In this document: positions 61,472 to 64,000 of the stretch, in pieces | Layout: each line of letters opens with the position of its first letter | Numbering within the stretch: position 1 is the first letter of the stretch | The notes under the pieces: model-generated | What the model was told of the DNA's origin: nothing | The model's input: the letters and a program-made list of their open reading frames with translations, nothing else | The model's database searches: none | Origin: Lingula anatina | Lineage: Eukaryota; Animalia; Brachiopoda | Direction: 5' to 3' | Assembly: GCA_051362555.1 (NCBI GenBank) | Contig: CM120643.1 | Coordinates: 13,862,644-13,926,643, forward strand | Length of the DNA: 64,000 nucleotides | Position numbers and translations under genes: made by a program

Positions 61472-63252
61472 CTACTGCTGCGGTTCATGCTGCATCATTC
61501 TTCTGATAGCTGCATCATATGCTTGCTGACGTCTTTGTCTTAATAAATTTTCGGACACTTCCAAACTGGCTTCTGGGGCTGTATTTGACAAGGGTTCCTC
61601 CAAGTCTGATGGTGAAGCTTGCTCTGTGCTTGTAGATGCTTCCTTTGATTGGAACCTCCTATTACCAAAAAATAAATAAATAAATAAATAAATAAATAAA
61701 TGAAATAAAATAAAATAATAAAGAATAAAGAAATTAATTAATTAATTAAATAATCTCTTATGTTGTACCTTACACACTTGCACACAAACACACACACACA
61801 GCCAGAATATCTAAATTTAAGGCAAGATTTATGGAATGTTTTCAGCCCATTTGATTGAAATATAAATATATTGAAAAAACTCTTTGTTGCTACTTCAAAC
61901 TATTGGTGTCTTTTAAGTTTTTAGTTTTGAATGAATATCTGCTAAAAATTTGTACTAATCCCCGACCAGACTTAACGCAACTTTTCCCCCCTTTTCCCAA
62001 AGTAAACAAAATTGTCTCTTTTCATCTTTTCTTTTTAACACAGTTATTAACACTCTAATCTATATAAAACCAGAATGAAACTTTTCATTCTATTAATTTT
62101 TTTTACCTCCTAGCTTGTTCTATCAACTCTTCTCTCCTTCTGTTGAGCAACTCTTCTCTTTCTGAGGATTTTTTAGAATACCTGCCTCCTCCTGGATTGA
62201 CAGCTGCAGCACCAACATCCTCCTCTCTGTAATTTTATCAAAATTCACAAATTTTGACATTCAGATTATGTCTACTCTAAATAAATGTATTATGGAAACG
62301 AATTTTTAATACCATCAAAAGAAACATTTTTTAACGACGAAACAAGTCATTAGCATTTGTCTACTCAATTTACTATATAAGGTTTCAAAAATAAACCAAT
62401 GGAAGATAATTTGTAAAATATTTGTGTGCCATAAATAGAGAACTTTGGTTGCCAGGTTAATAAATACTTTCATTAAATATAGTAGTTTTCTATAGTTGCC
62501 ATCAGTTCTTATTTCATATTAACAGGCAATGTTACTTACACATCAGGTATCTCAAACAGAGCAGGTACATTATCATCTCTATAGTTGTGTGTTACGTCTT
62601 CACTCACAGAGGAAGCTGTACTATAGGAGTCATCAGAATCATATACTGCTGGGTTGTTGTTATTATTACCTGCTATGGAATTCTGAAAATATAATAATAT
62701 AGTATAAAGTAACTTCAGTCAAAGTTGCTGTTCTAGGATTGTAAGTATGTTCATAATTGATGTTAGTAGTAATAGTCACTGATGTTGTAAAAGTGGTGGT
62801 AGAAACATTATCTATAAAGGAAAAACAGCTATCTGCTAACATCTTGTAACTTGAAAAAGAAATTCAAATTGTTTTTGGAAATGAACTAAATCTTGAAACT
62901 TTTACAGTCAAAGCACTCAAAATATTTAAATTGATACTAAATCTTAACTAAATGCTTTACTGTATGTTTAGCTGTTTGAAATAAAATATACAGTGTAGTA
63001 GATGAGTAGTGGTAGAAGTAACAGTAGTTGTAGAAAAATTAATAGTGTTTCTTCTGACATAAAATAATCTACTGAATGTGAGCAGTAAATTTTCATCCAT
63101 AAATATCAAAGTCAGCTACTTACTGCTATTGGCAGCCTGCCCTCTAAAATATTATTGACGGTCATTTCTGGCGACCTAGTGATGTGGAGGTCATCTTGTA
63201 TTATGGCGTCTGGCAAGATGGTGTCTGGAAAAACTTCACGAACTTGACGGAC
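61472..63252 (-). CDS. AMFR: E3 ubiquitin ligase AMFR/gp78, last four coding exons (gene continues beyond window)
   Basis: Exons 63124-63252 (CUE: VREVFP...DLHITRSPEMTVNNILEGR), 62540-62682, 62107-62226 (G2BR: YSKKSSEREELLNRRREELIEQARRRF), 61472-61658 (VIM R-x5-AA-x2-R: RQQAYDAAIRR); phases consistent. Confidence 0.93.
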
Positions 63253-64000
63253 CTAAAAAGTGGCAACACCAAAACTGTTAGATGATATTTCTTAACAAGC
63301 TTTCATAGAATTCCACGATTCTATGAAAAAATATGTTAAAATCCATAGGTCAGAAATAAAATAGCAAGCAATCAAGAAGTTTGACTTTTTCATAGCTGTA
63401 TTAATGTGAATCAGAGACACAAGCACAATCAAAATTGGGTTTATTGAATAGTTTCAGTCAAATTTAAACCATTTGGGAAAAAGCTGATGAATAAGAAGTG
63501 ATTTGGCTAAGCAATATAAAAATTGCCAGCGCTACTCCAGACACAGTTTTGCCAACAAGCATTTGCTGTCTCTTAACAAGCTCAGACTTTCTATCACAGT
63601 GCCAATCAACCAAATGCCTATCTATAAAAACAACAATATTATATATTACAAATATTTGCTGCATACCAAAGCACTATCTCATCACAAAATATATATGAAA
63701 AGTCAAAATGCAAACACCATTGCAGTATCTGTAACTGGTGGCACAGTCTGGTGCAGTGCCTTCCACTGAGGAAACCAAAAATCTTATAGAATGTACAGCA
63801 GCATATTGTCATTACACTCCATGTTTTGACTTCAACTCAACCCAATTCAAGAATAGTCCAGGATTATTTGTACCAGATGTCACTAGTTTACAACACAGTC
63901 CATGTTTTAACTGAAATTCAAACTAGTACAAAGAAGTCCAGGACAAGATCAGTTAAAAACTTCACAACAAACAGTTGTTGCTTAAAGCTTTTTTTAAATC

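Noticed and set aside
61460-61474. Stop-codon readthrough at AMFR TAG-CAA
   Set aside because: Immediately followed by further in-frame stops and does not fit CARYYA.

Overview
AT-rich, intron-containing animal DNA, most likely a marine invertebrate (lophotrochozoan-like); most entries in the ORF track are spurious. Genes reconstructed by splice phase, left to right: last exon of PIGU (+); SNRPB/SmB (+), hosting a double-guide C/D box snoRNA (SNORD52/snR78-type plus snR69-type guides); DHRS1 paralog A (-); a zinc-finger-less PRDM7/9-like PR/SET gene (+) with a degenerate zinc knuckle and a duplicated half-exon; DHRS1 paralogs B (-) and C (+) head-to-head; an angiopoietin-like coiled-coil/fibrinogen-domain gene (-); and the last four exons of AMFR/gp78 (-). 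Mobile DNA includes a 3.3-kb decayed TIR transposon, MITE families with 3-, 5- and 6-bp and TTAA target duplications, a TIR element carrying a RecQ-helicase fragment, LINE 3' fragments, and Helentron-type non-autonomous elements, one holding a 161-bp tandem array. All homology calls come from motif recognition, not database searches.
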